A stretch of 64,000 bases of DNA from Carpediemonas membranifera BICM (Eukaryota > Protista > Fornicata): NCBI GenBank assembly GCA_019828565.1, contig JAHDYR010000064.1, forward strand, positions 665,162-729,161, written 5' to 3'. The position numbers and the translations under genes are program-made. The notes beneath the pieces were generated by a model. The model made no database searches and was not told where the DNA came from. It saw nothing but the letters and a program-made list of their open reading frames with translations. Positions within the stretch are counted from its first letter, which is position 1. Each line of letters starts with the position of its first letter. Below, piece by piece: positions 12,276 to 24,053 of the stretch.

Positions 12276-12997
12276 GGTAGGTCGCGGCGAAACGGCGCGG
12301 GTGTCGGGCTGGCACCCATGGAGATGTCAGCTGCGTACCCCACGTCTTGCAGCAGCCTCGTGACGGTCTCCTCCAGCTCGAGTACTCTCTTCTGCGCCTT
12401 GTGATGGAGCACTCGTGCCTCCATCGGAAGAGATGGGAGGTCTTTGTGAATCCAGTCCTTCATTTCGAGCAGCTTGGATACGCGAAGGTATCTGTCGAAC
12501 TGGACGTCGACGTGGTTGTCCCCAGCAACCGAAGCTGACTCTCGAGAGGCGCGAATGCGAAGCTCGCCGTGCACCTCCTTCTGGACTCTATGCCACAGGA
12601 CGTAGTTGCGAGCGTTATTGTCCTCCCACTCCTTGAGCTTCTGGGCGATCTTTCTCTCGCGCCGGCGCTTGATCGCGCGTTCTCTAATCTCATCGTCGGA
12701 CTCGTTGTCAAAGTCCACCTCACTCTCACTGTCGCACAACTCAGAATCGTCGACGCCGCTCTCTTCACCACTGTCCACGCCACTCTCATCGTCGACGGGT
12801 TCTTTCTTAGCGCTCTCGGCCTTGCCCTTGCCCTTGTCCTTCTCCTCGGCGTCAATGGCCTCAATAATGGCCTTACGCGCCTTGCGCTTCTCCTGGCTAT
12901 ACACGATATCAGCCTGGTTGTCGTCAACCCACTTCGCCAGCGCGCCGAGCTTCTTGGAACTTCTTGGTCCGGCGAGTGCCATAAACTGCTTCTTCAA
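12276..12997 (-). pseudogene. 5' half of the OTU-like gene (charged/acidic, probably coiled-coil)
   Basis: N-terminal ~240 aa of ORF 9914-12997 lies outside the GA LTR and is in frame with 6813-7591 after excision. The true start codon is uncertain. Confidence 0.7.
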
Positions 12998-13795
12998 CTT
13001 ATCATGGAGCTCCTCCTTCTCGTCCTTCGTGAGGCGGAATTTCGTGGTGATATGGTTCAGGTTGATTCCTTTGGGCCCTTTGAATAATTCTATAACGGCA
13101 GCAGAGCATAAAACACGGTTCGAAAGGGCTGATTTTATGCTCTCTTGCCGTTAGTTCAAGCCAAGGCACGCTTCGGGCGAGCTCCGGCCAAGGGGTCCAG
13201 GAGTCAGCTTTTGGGGGAAGGTCTGTGGTGCTCTAACGTACCTCGGGACGCACTGTGGAGGCCCCTAGAGTGCTCGGTCATGGCATGTCAGACCAAGGGT
13301 GCCTCAAATCTGGATCCATTTAGGATGCACCCCCTAAATGTTCCGTTGCAAGCGTCTGACGGGCGTTCTCTGGATACCGACCAAGATGGAGGTCACGTGG
13401 ATGAACGGACGATAATTACGGTATTCTGGCCATGCCTGGTACTCTCAAATCATCTATACTGCTCTGTGGTTTATTTATAGTTCATATTGTATGGTCCTGA
13501 TGGACTTTTGGTACTTGATGTTGTTTAGAGATAATTGTTGCTTTAATGATGCTCTGCGCCCGCATACTGATGTTTCTTAGTGATATGTGCATGCCTGTAT
13601 CGTTAAAGCCGCCAGTATTCTTCCTATTCTTCAGTTCGTCATTTCGGTCTCGTTGCGAGCATAAAGTGCGCGAATGCGCGGGTCAGTTCACCCGTTTTCA
13701 GCGAAGCTGATGCGACAACACAGAGGCAAGCGAATCCTTACACCCCAGACGTCGCCAGGAAGGCGTTGTCTGCCAGGATCTATAAGCAGTGATGA

Positions 13796-14126
13796 GATAT
13801 ACGGATTTCAGACTTTCTGCCTGCACGACCTCAAATGTTGACTCCCCTCGGCACCGAAAAAGGCACCTATATCCATGAATACCCTCTACAGTGATGTATC
13901 CACCCGATAAATGGATTTCAAATTTGTCGGGTCTCATGATAAATGGATTTCAGACTTTCGTACTGTTGGCCATCTGAGAATTTATGAACGACCTCTAGAA
14001 TATTTTGAAATGCAAGAACGTGCCTATGGCACTCTTTTGTACCCCTGAACACGGTTTGACCACTGTTTTGGGCATTTGGAGAGATTCGAATTTTTGTGCA
14101 TGACGAAAGTCTGAAATCCGTATATC
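13796..14126. repeat. 331-bp segment bounded by perfect 22-bp inverted repeats (MITE-like)
   Basis: gatatacggatttcagactttc (13796-13817) and its reverse complement (14105-14126), with partial internal copies near 13910 and 13942. Confidence 0.75.
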
Positions 14127-14127
14127 G

Positions 14128-15219
14128 ATGGAAGGAAGCCCGCGGGAGATGGAAACAAGCATGCAAGACATGAAGAATGCTTGGTTGTGCACCATCAGCA
14201 AGAAATCTTCCCGGAAGTCGGCCGCAAACAACCTTTCGCGGTTCGTTCAATTCGTACAACGTGAGCGAGGGAGTACCGAGGACGAAGCGCTCTCCGTGAT
14301 CCGGTCCGAGGAGGTTAGATCGCTTGTGCCCGGTTTTGCTGCATCATTGAGCAAGGCAACCGCTGCTGTCACTCTCAGTGCCGTCAACTCATTCCGAAAC
14401 TCCGGCAGAGACAATGTCAAGCCGCTTGGGCAGTTTGAGCCTGTCGCATTGGAAGCTATTGTCCGACTAGTCTTCCCCTACAATGCGCTGGCTCTTATCA
14501 TCAGCCACACAGGCATGACTGCCACATCAGCCCGCGATATTGATGTGAGCGAGCTCCAGATTCCCCCGGAACTCGCTGACTGGTTGCTATTCACCGGGGC
14601 ACCATCCGCGATGTCCGCTGTGATGCCTAGCACCTTCTCGCAGGCTCTCAAGTCGGTCGGGCTGAGTGTTAACCAGCTTCGCTATGCGCCCACTGTGCAT
14701 GTCGATCTCAATCAGCTCAAGAAGCGGGTGATTGAGACACAGAGACGGACGGGCAGGCCCAGGGATCCGACCAAGGTTCGTAAGGTCATTAAGGACAAGC
14801 GCATCAGCCTGACCGATGAGCAGTTCAGGCGCCAGTTGGCGTCCAGTCACTTAACGACCACGCGACGCCCAACGATCCTCGATCTCAACCCGGAGATCCG
14901 AAGCTCTGCCGACCTGGTGCCGCCGACGCTCGATGACTGGCTTTACAAAAAGCTCAGGATGAGGATGGTCCAGCTCCACGACCAGCGTAAGCCCGAGGGG
15001 GACGACACGGGGGAGGGGGAGTCTGACGATGAGGCGCTGTTTGACGAGACAGCAGGCGAGGCAGAGATGCCGGAGACCGCGGTGGAGGGCGAGTCTGACG
15101 ATGAGGCCGGGTTGGAGATGCTGGAAGGAGAGTGGGAGGATGAGGAGAGTTCAGACAGCGATGCCGAGGATAGCCTCGTCGACAACCTGTCATTTGTTCA
15201 GTCACAACAGGTTGAGTGT
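14128..15219 (+). pseudogene. 5' part of a degenerate tyrosine-recombinase-like gene with an acidic tail, split by Gypsy GB
   Basis: Core-binding-like N-terminus, box I-like HTGMTATS and box II-like NQLRY. It continues in frame at 20051-20347 after removal of GB and one GTGT TSD (QQVEC|DMSER). Confidence 0.55.
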
Positions 15220-15703
15220 TGTTCGTTTCGCAGACGAAACGGGGGGTGAAGCTTTAACAAGCAAAACAAAAAGACGATTCGGGACCCTGCCCGGGGATCG
15301 GATCGGATCATCAATCAAATAAATATTTGATTGAAGTGCCGCGCTGACACTTCCCTCCCAGTGGTAACGACCACGAGTAACGGGCGCGGCGGCGAGGACT
15401 GGTCTATGATATTTCATCCGAAACCCATCAAATGCGATGGTTTGATTAGATAGTTGAGCGTGAAGACGAACAACTCCATTGAAGGAGGTTATTGAGCTAA
15501 AGAGCTCCTAGGTGCTGAAAATGACCTCCATTGGCCTCAATAGGCCCTCGTTGGCGAGATACAAGAACTTTCACGAAAGCTTCGGATCTTCGACGGGATT
15601 CTTCCTCGCAAGCGGTCCATTAGTCTCAATTAAGCAACATCAAGCTTCTCAGACAGCAGTTTATAGTTTAGGACGTGCTAAGGTCCCGATCAGATGGGGA
15701 TCA

Positions 15704-18700
15704 TCATCGCCAGCGGCGACGACGAGCCAGCGCCTCGAGGGGTGCCACAGCCGTCGGGTGATCCAGTAGATAGGCGTCCAGGGCTTGCAGGCGGTAGTTC
15801 TCCTGGTTTAGCGGGATCCAGGAGTCCTCCTCGGGCTCATAACCCTTCCAGCGGACACGGAGACGGCGACCCTTCATGTCGAGGTCCTTGACGGACTCGA
15901 CCTCGAACTCACGGTCTTGGCGGGCTACGAGTGCCCGAAGTTCTGCGAGTGACTGGCCTCGGCGGCGGTGGAAAGGCCGGAGGCGCTCTGACGCGACGGT
16001 GAACTGGTCGGCGTCGTCGGTGAGGGACTGAATGATGACCGATCCCTTGACCTTCCCCTCCTGTATGACGCGGAACGGGCCGCGCCACTTCATGGCCAGC
16101 TTCATCGGCTTGATGGGGGCCAGCAGTACGAGGCTCCCGCTGGTATAAGCTCGGTAGGTCGTGGACGCAACACGGCCGAGCTTCTTGGCATGGTCGCGGG
16201 AGACAGAGTTCCTGGCTCGTGTGTAGCGCTCCTCCCGACTCTGAGTATCCTTGTGGAAGCCGTCGTGACCAAAGAGGAGGGTCAACGGGGACTGATGGGT
16301 CACGGGGTGTACTCGCGAGTTGAGTATGAGGGCCACTTGCGGGAGCATGTCGCTCCAAGCGGCTTCGTGTTCATCTACGAGCGTCCTCATGTGACGGGCG
16401 ATCTCAGCATTCATGCGTTCGACCTTTCCGTTTGCTTGGGGGTGGTACGGCGTAGAGAAGCGGTGTTCGATCGTGAGGCTTCTTGTGAGCTCTTCGATTA
16501 AACTGTTCTTGTACTGCGAGCCTTGGTCCGTCTGTATGAACTCCGGCACGCCGAACGCGGCGCAGAACTTGTAGATTGCGTCGGCGGCGTCTTTTGCTGA
16601 CGTAGTGTGCGTCGGGAATAGAGAAACGTGTTGAGAGAACGCGTCTACGATCACGACGACGTACTTCTGGCCGTGTTCGTCCTGGGCAAACGGGCCCAGG
16701 GTGTCGACCTGGACGGACTGGAAGGGTATTGTCCGCAGGTCTGGGTGTTGGGGGACCGGCAAGCGCTGGCCTGGGCGGACACGCTGGCACTCGGTGCACG
16801 TTGTGAAGAAAGCTCGGGCATCCTCCCACATGCCGGGCCACTGGACGCCCGCCTTTCGCAGACGGCGTATCATCTCGGGGGGGCCCACATGACCAACCGC
16901 GGTGTTGTGCACCTTGGTGAGCTCAGCTTGTGGGTCGATCATGACGAAGTCCTCGCCTCTCCCGTTCACGTGCACAGCGTAGACAGTGTCGACGTTGAGG
17001 TCGGGGAGGACACGAGATAGGGCGTCTGCTACCGTGTTAGCCTCGCCAGCGACATGTTCGAGAGTAAACGTGAATTCGTTCATCGTAATGCGCCAGCGAG
17101 CGATCATCGCGTTCTGAGGGTACTTCTTCCGGATAAATACCAGGTTACGGTGATCGGTGTGGACGTGGAGCTTGGGATGGCACTTCAGGAGCGGCGTCAA
17201 CTCGGAGGAGGAGAGGGCGTGTAGGATTCCATATAACTCCTGCTCATATGTGGACCATGCCTTCTGTGTGGTCGTGAAGCTCTTGGCGAAGAATGCCACT
17301 ACTTCAGCGTCCGGCGCGTCGGGTCGGCCTTGGATAAGTACACCGCCTACTCCCCTGCGTTGAGGCGTCGGTGAACAGATGCCACTCCTTCGACAGGTCG
17401 GGATAGGCCAGGGTGACCCGGGAGCGGACCTGCTCTTTAAGGCAGGTGAGGGCATGCTCGTGGCGAGCCTCCCAGGTGATGGTGACCGTCTTGCTGCGGT
17501 TCTTGGAGCCTGCCTTTGCGGGGACGCCAGCCAAGAGCTCCGACAGCGTCGCGAGGTGTTTCTGAGCTTGGGGGAGGTGTCGGGCCACATAGTTGAACTT
17601 ACCCAGCACCATGCGCAGCTCCTTCAGGTTGCAAGGGCTACGGAGCTCCGTGAGAGCCTTGATGCGGTCTTCGGTCACTCTGATGCCCTGTTTGTCCATG
17701 ATGAACCCAACAGAAGTGATCTCTGAGGCACCGAGCGTGCATTTGGCGGCTCCGAGGCGGAGGCGGGCCTTCCGGAGGAGCTCGAAGACGCAGCCAAGGA
17801 TCGTCATGAATTCCTTGGGAGACCTAGCATAGATGAGGACGTCGTCTAGGTATACTTCCACGCCACGGTGGAGCACGGGTGCTAGTACTGTTTGCATGAT
17901 GCGTTGGAAATAGGACGGGGCACGGGTGAGGCCGAAGGGGACCCGGCGGTACTGGAAGTATCCGTCGGGTGTGACAAAGGCTGACAGCGGACGGTCTTCC
18001 TCTCGAAGTGGGGCCTGGTGATAGCCTTGCTTGAGGTCTAGCGAGGTAAACACCGTGCAGCCTGCGGCTGCGCGAAGGAACTCCCCGGATGTTAGGTAGC
18101 GGGAAGTTGTCTGGCGGCGTCAGGCGGTTGATCTGCGTGTAATCAACGCACAGTCTCATGCGTCCGTCCTTCTTTCCGACCACAACAATGGGGCTGGCCC
18201 AAGGGCCTTGGCTCGGCTCGATGATGCCGGCCTGAAGGAGGCGCTCGCATTCAGCATCGACTGCGTCTCTGGCCTGCGGGGCAAGACGGCGCGGTGCAGA
18301 CTGGACCAGAGGGCATCTTCCGCGATGGGGATGTGCATCGGCGGCACATTGGCGCCCTCTGGGGGAATATCGCTGAAGAGCTCGGCGTATTGATTCACGA
18401 GCTCAACTATCTCCGGGCGGAGGTCGTCGTTCGGGATCTGAATGAGCGATAGCGGGTCCTCGGTGGCTGGAGCGATGGAGAACACAGGTAGCGGGATATC
18501 GTCATCCTTGGGGTTGTCGGGCTGGGCGCTGAGCTTCAGGAATAGCTCGTCCTTACACAGGACTCCCAGGCTCCGTAGCGTGTCGGTCCCAATCAGAACC
18601 TTCTGAGATTGTCCGGGAATGACGGCGGCGATGATCGTGGTGTGGACCGGGCTACCGACTAGGGTGGCAGTGAGGGAGGTCTCGATGAACTCATCCACAG

Positions 18701-19902
18701 ATAGGGTACTGCCGAAGGCCGGGGTGGCCGTGATGGGCTCTCGGGCGACGAGTTTGGCGCTCTTGGCCTCAAGAAGCATGTGCGCGAGAGGCTCGGTGAT
18801 ACACGTGACGGAAGCACCGGTATCGATGATGGCGCGCATAGAAATGTCACCGATCGCGGCTTCCACGGTAAGAGGTCCCGTGGACGCGGAGGTATCACCG
18901 TCTAAGAGGAAAACCTCATGATCTTCGACCTGTTCTCCATTATCGAGGGTGTTCACCACGCGAGGGGCACTTTGGCGAGCGGTGTTGCCTCTGGCGGGGC
19001 GAAGGGATCCATTCTCTCGGTTCCATGCTCTGCGGCCTGCGCGATAATCGGGAGCCCTGAAATTTCCAGGGGATTCGCGTGGCTGGGCGAAGGTCTGGCG
19101 TCTCTGGTCGGGATTATTCCGCGGCTGATCCTGGCGGCCCGGGTTGGGTCCGGTCAGCGGCTTGGGACGATAGGGGGTTATGGGGCCCTGACGCTGCGGC
19201 CCAGTGGGGGCATGGCCCCGACCCGCGTAGTATCCGAAGCGTTGGGCCTTCTCGCGGGCCTCGTCATCTTCGTCCGCGATCTTGAGAGTTAGCTGGATGA
19301 GGTCCTGCAGAGAGGACGGACGTTCTACACGTTGGGCATAGTCAACGGCATCTCTGAAGGCGGCGGGCCTCAAGCCCTGCGCAAAGATGCGCTGATGAGC
19401 CCGAGAGGCCGACGTGGTCTCGCTGGCGGCCGGAACGGTGGTATCGGCCGGGGGCTCTGGTTCGGTGCCGTCAGTGTTCCCGGCGAGGATGGATTCGTCC
19501 GCCCTCAGGGGTAGCTGGCGGGGTGGCCATGAACTCCGCAGAGCCCAGGACATCTGTAAACGCACGAGCATAAGCTCGGATAAGGTTGGCGCGCGACACG
19601 GCGTGGTTCGCATCCACCTGGCACTTCACGGCCTCCAGACGGAGGCGGAGGTCTTGAGGGTCTCGGGGCGCCAAGAGCTGGTTAACCCAGCGGATTACGT
19701 CTTCGTCGGACTGGGAGGCCAGCGAAACGTTGTGCTGGACCTCTAGGGCACCTTGGAGTTCAGCGTCTAGGAAGGCAGCGTATGTGGCTGCGGGGTAGAA
19801 GATTTTGAACTGGATCATCGTTCTCTTGAAGTTGGCCCAGGTCTTTGGGCTCAATTCTTGTAGTGCTAGTTTAGGAACCGGCACAGGAACGTTCTGCATC
19901 AA
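15704..19902 (-). CDS. gag-pol: GB gag-pol, several frameshifts
   Basis: Motifs as listed for GB, distributed over five overlapping ORFs. Confidence 0.88.
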
Positions 19903-19905
19903 ACT

Positions 19906-19917
19906 AGTATTAATACT
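19906..19917. promoter_or_regulatory. Palindrome AGTATTAATACT at the PBS position of GB
   Basis: Perfect 12-bp palindrome overlapping the last base of the 5' LTR. Confidence 0.85.
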
Positions 19918-20050
19918 GTTCGTTTCGCAGACGAAACGGGGGGTGAAGCTTTAACAAGCAAAACAAAAAGACGATTCGGGACCCTGCCCGGGGATCGGAT
20001 CGGATCATCAATCAAATAAATATTTGATTGAAGTGCCGCGCTGACAGTGT

Positions 20051-20347
20051 GATATGTCTGAGAGAGATACCGATGAGGGTGTCCGTAGCGGGACCAATGG
20101 AAGTGGGCTCGCTCCGCTCTATGACTCTATGAAGATCAGGGAGCCCAGCAGACGCATTCGCCTTCGCCGCTATCACGAGAGCGAGTCAGACTTGGGCAGC
20201 AGCAGCGACAGCGACGACGGGATGCCGAAGCTGCCCGTTGAGGCCTTTGAGCACATCCGTGATGCCGGGATGACAACTGTGAGGCTGACGAGGGCCGAGT
20301 ATGACGACCTGATGGAGAAGAGAGAGCAGGAAAAGCACCAGAAGTAA
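20051..20347 (+). pseudogene. 3' part of the YR-like gene
   Basis: ORF 20054-20347 is in frame with 14128-15219 once GB is removed. Confidence 0.65.
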
Positions 20348-20480
20348 ATGGCCGTCGGTTGTCCATATGAGCATGTACGAGTCAACTACCTGCCAACTGT
20401 ATCTCCAGCCATAAGTCCAGAGCAGGCCACCTATACGGCAGCCCGAGCCGATCCACATTTGTGGATTCAGCTAGACCGGG

Positions 20481-20894
20481 CATGCCACAACACTGCATCT
20501 AGTCCCATCTAGTCCCAATTCACGCGTGTATATACGCTACAGAGGACCGTATCTGGCCTTAGGAAACGGCTATGGGGTGCAGGTGGTTAATCCTTAAAGT
20601 GCGTTGCATCGATGCAACAAGCAACTACCTCAAACGTGCGAGCTACCATCGATTTCTTGGCATCAACACGACTCATTGAAGTCAGATAACTATGCGGTCA
20701 GCAATGAGCACACTAAACAACATCACTGTGCCAAAATACATCTTTGGACATCAGGCATGCCACAGAACATGTAAGCAACATCAAACCCGCCTAATTCCAG
20801 CTCATTTAGTCAATAAACACATCAACACATTCCAATATCTCCTCATGATGCGCCAGATGGCAAGTGACTCTGGCCTGCTCCTCCGGTGAATGAC
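20481..20894. repeat. Dispersed repeat B, copy 2
   Basis: Direct repeat of 6284-6697. Confidence 0.9.
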
Positions 20895-21349
20895 AATGCA
20901 GTAGTCTGGAAGGATGTTGAGAGAGCCCCAAAGGCCAGGCGAGTAAGCGCTACACAACCGCTTCACCAGCCCTCCAAGGCAGCGTTCTGGACCTGCGTCA
21001 TCTCCGGCGAACTGGGATGATCCAAAGTAACGGTGTAGTGTTCTTTCTGGCAGCTAATTGTGCATAAGCGAATGCTTTGTGGTCATTTATTGCTCTTTGG
21101 CGCAGCAACGCCCACAATTCTTTGGGATACTGTTCTTTTGGTGTTGATGTTGTTATTGATGTTGATTTCTCCGCTTTTCGCTGCTTTGCGTTGTAATTGC
21201 AATGTTTTCTAGTACATTCCGCGCATCAGATCATTGCTACAACCAGAACTCGCCATTTTGGCGTTGCAATGAAACTATCCCCTAAAGTGCACACTAAATG
21301 AAATCAGATCAAGCAGACAAGACAGCAACGTACATTTACGAGTGAGGAC

Positions 21350-21490
21350 GCTGGAGAGAGCAGAGCGCCTGGGAAACAGCGCTGGGGACAGGAGCCCCGG
21401 AGGATAGAGCCCGGGAGAGAGGAGCCCGGGGGAGAAGAGCGCGGGAGAGAGGAGCCCGGGAGAGAGAAGCCCGGGAGAGCGCCCGGGGCA
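21350..21490. repeat. Degenerate ~15-bp purine-rich minisatellite (agcccgggagagagg)
   Basis: Visible tandem units. Confidence 0.8.
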
Positions 21491-21566
21491 ATTCAGGGCC
21501 CCGAAAACGCCAGCACCAGCGCAAGTAAGCTATTTTATTGCAAACCGCTCTACTTGCGCTGGTACT

Positions 21567-22138
21567 TCAGCGTTTTCGCGGCCCTTTGCCCATCATTCGT
21601 CGTCTGAATTTTTTCGTGCAGAATTCAGACGAGTGTCGCCTGGCAGAGGCTGAGCAGCGGAGCTTAGTCCCTGTGGCACCACTCGTCTGGCCCAGCTCCC
21701 GGGCATGCTCACGAAAATACAGGTGCAGATTTGGGAGCAGAATGATCGACGAACCCCGAAAACGCCATAACCGGCACCAGTGAGCGCATCTTCGTTGATG
21801 AAGCTCATTGGTGCTGGTAATATGGCGTTTTCGGGGTTCAAATACTGTACTCCTCATCCCTGGCGCCTCATCCTGGCGCCCTCATCCCTGGCGCCCACAC
21901 AGCACCCCTACGCCAGCGCCATCAATCCCCAACGGCACAGTAAACAGAAAATGCACTTTATGCTCTTACACCATGGCGTTTGGAGACGAAAACGAACACC
22001 CATGGTACCTGCAGGTAAGGTAAGGTAAGGTAATTTCCGGTGATCGCGTTCGTTGCAAGTAATCACCATCATTGATCGCAACAGGCCGGGCACGGAGGCA
22101 GGCCCAAGTGATCCAGGGGCTGGTCGATCTTGCAGATC
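21567..22138. repeat. Dispersed repeat A, copy 2
   Basis: Matches 5656-6284; hairpin at 21751-21839. Confidence 0.9.
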
Positions 22139-23229
22139 GTTTGGGAGAGGTGGTTGGACGCGAGGAGTTAAAGATCGCACAACATGTGTCAAATCCGGCA
22201 AATCGATATCGTGTAAAAAATGGACAGAGGGGAAGAAGCGACCCATAGGACATACCAGTGGACCACTTCCTCCCCTCTGTCCATTAGCATTGTAGTGTTG
22301 CAGCGTTCCGCCACCCTTTTCCGAGAAGGCCAAAACTTCGAGCCCTCAAGTTTTTGTATTGGGCTAGAGCTGTTCAGTGATGGGCAGCCCAGTGACTGTG
22401 TCGGCATATATAGAGATATCAGTGCAAGCCCCAATACAGCCCCTTAACTTTTTCTTGCAAGCTGGGATTGGGAGCAATTGATATCTCCGTGGATAAACGA
22501 TCTATACCCATTTTACTTGCAGTTCTGATGTTTTGATCAGTATTTGGATGAATTGTGTGGAAATCACCGCTATAAGTGCGTTATCCTCAAAGAAAAGCGT
22601 TTGGGATCAATAATCCATTTCAGGAACCAAGAACTTCTCATTGACGGTGCATTACTATATTAAAGACCTTATGATGTGTCTATCTCTCCCAATCATCCTC
22701 GTTTCCCGGATCTCGTTTTGGTTTCCATTTGATTTGATCAAAAACGAAGCAACAGCCGCCAATATGAATGGGTTGAGGTGACAAAAACGGGTCTTATCCG
22801 GAAAATGAGCTCAGCAACAGCGCCTGCATCTCGCCGTGCCTTTTTTCTGCTCCCAGTGTTGATATATCCTTTTAGTGAGTCCCTCGCGCGCGCGAGACAA
22901 CGTGGGTCAAGGTAGGAACCATGGGACCGAATTGACTCCAAAGTGTAGAGACTTGCCATGCCATATCGCCGCGTAGAGTCCCAGCTGATCAGCAGAGTCG
23001 TTTCATGAGCAATATCAGCATCTTTAATTCGCATTTGATGACGATTTGATTTATTTTTGGGCTTTACGGGACGCCAAGTAATTATCGCAGGCCAAGCACG
23101 TGCTCAAAGGTGCATCAGGAAGGGGGTTACATGGTGCCAGAGTAAGACGTTCTAAATCGGACATTTTTGACGGAGCCCCTCTGTTCCGTAGGTGTATACT
23201 GCCACCCATACACCCCCTCCAGACAGCAT

Positions 23230-24053
23230 GGGGACTGAGCGTGATGGTCCCAGCGACGGAGCCGTCCTTCATATCTCCCCTGTTCCTGACCCCAAAGTCA
23301 GTCGGATCAGACAGGCTGATACACGATCTGCGACAACTCAACTCAGCCTCTGCGGAGACCCGCTCATTCAGACTCAAGGGTCTGAAGGAGGCGGTGACCA
23401 TTGCCGCACCAGACGATGCGTGCATTCGCCTGGATCTTCAGAAGGGCTATTACCAAATACCGGTCCGACAGAGCGACCAGAAGCTACTGGGCGCAGTAGT
23501 AGACGGACAAGTATTCAATTTCGCCGTCCTGCCCTTCGGTTGGGCCCCTGCTCCGTGGTTCTTCCAGACGATCATGCTGGACGCGGCAGCCATCATAGGA
23601 AAGAGATACCGCTCGTCTGGTGATTTGTCTGGACGACTGGCTGGTGCTGGGCACAAAGGAGCACCTACTGAAGGTTGGACGACAGATCATCGCAGACATG
23701 AACTCCCTCGGACTACTCATCAACGAGAGCAAGTCACAGCTCACCCCAGCGTGGACCACCACATTCCTAGGACTCACCTTCGACTTCAGAGCAAGAACGC
23801 TCAGCCTGGGCCGGGAGAAGGCCGCGAAGTACCTCAAGGCCCTCAAGGACGTACTCCACGCTGGAAGGGTCGACAGAACCCAGTGGGAGAAGCTCCTAGG
23901 GTATCTCTCCTACGCAGCCATAGCATTCCCAACAGGCAGGGCCTGGCTGCGACCGCTACAGGCCCTGAGGGTGGAGGGGACCACAAACCTACCACGGGAG
24001 GTCAGGACAGCCGGCCAGATGTGGGCCCAGTTCTTGCAGAACCCGCCAGCCCG
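23230..24053 (+). mobile_element. DIRS/PAT-like RT fragment, cut by Gypsy GC
   Basis: RLIHDLR, LDLQKGYYQ, LPFGW and CLDDWL in ORFs 23100-24104 and 23620-24213; homologous to the RTs at 35-45 kb. Confidence 0.88.

Larger units (their letters stand above)
15220..20046 (-). mobile_element. Full-length Gypsy chromovirus GB with 130-bp LTRs
   Basis: Identical LTRs at 15220-15349 and 19917-20046, GTGT TSD, PPT gggagggaag. ORFs: gag 19471-19902, gag/PR 18156-19613 (IDTGAS), RT 17304-18183 (YLDD), RH-IN-chromodomain 15704-17590. Confidence 0.96.

Noticed and set aside
6284-20894. B repeats as LTRs of a large retroelement
   Set aside because: No TG..CA in both copies, no TSD, no PPT, and no RT belonging to the enclosed unit.
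20481-22138. Helitron
   Set aside because: No convincing 5'-TC / 3'-CTRR ends with a subterminal hairpin at an AT target, and no Rep-Hel coding sequence.
22400-23050. Transposase or host gene (ORF 22738-23034)
   Set aside because: Short, surrounded by stop-rich sequence, and with no recognisable motif.
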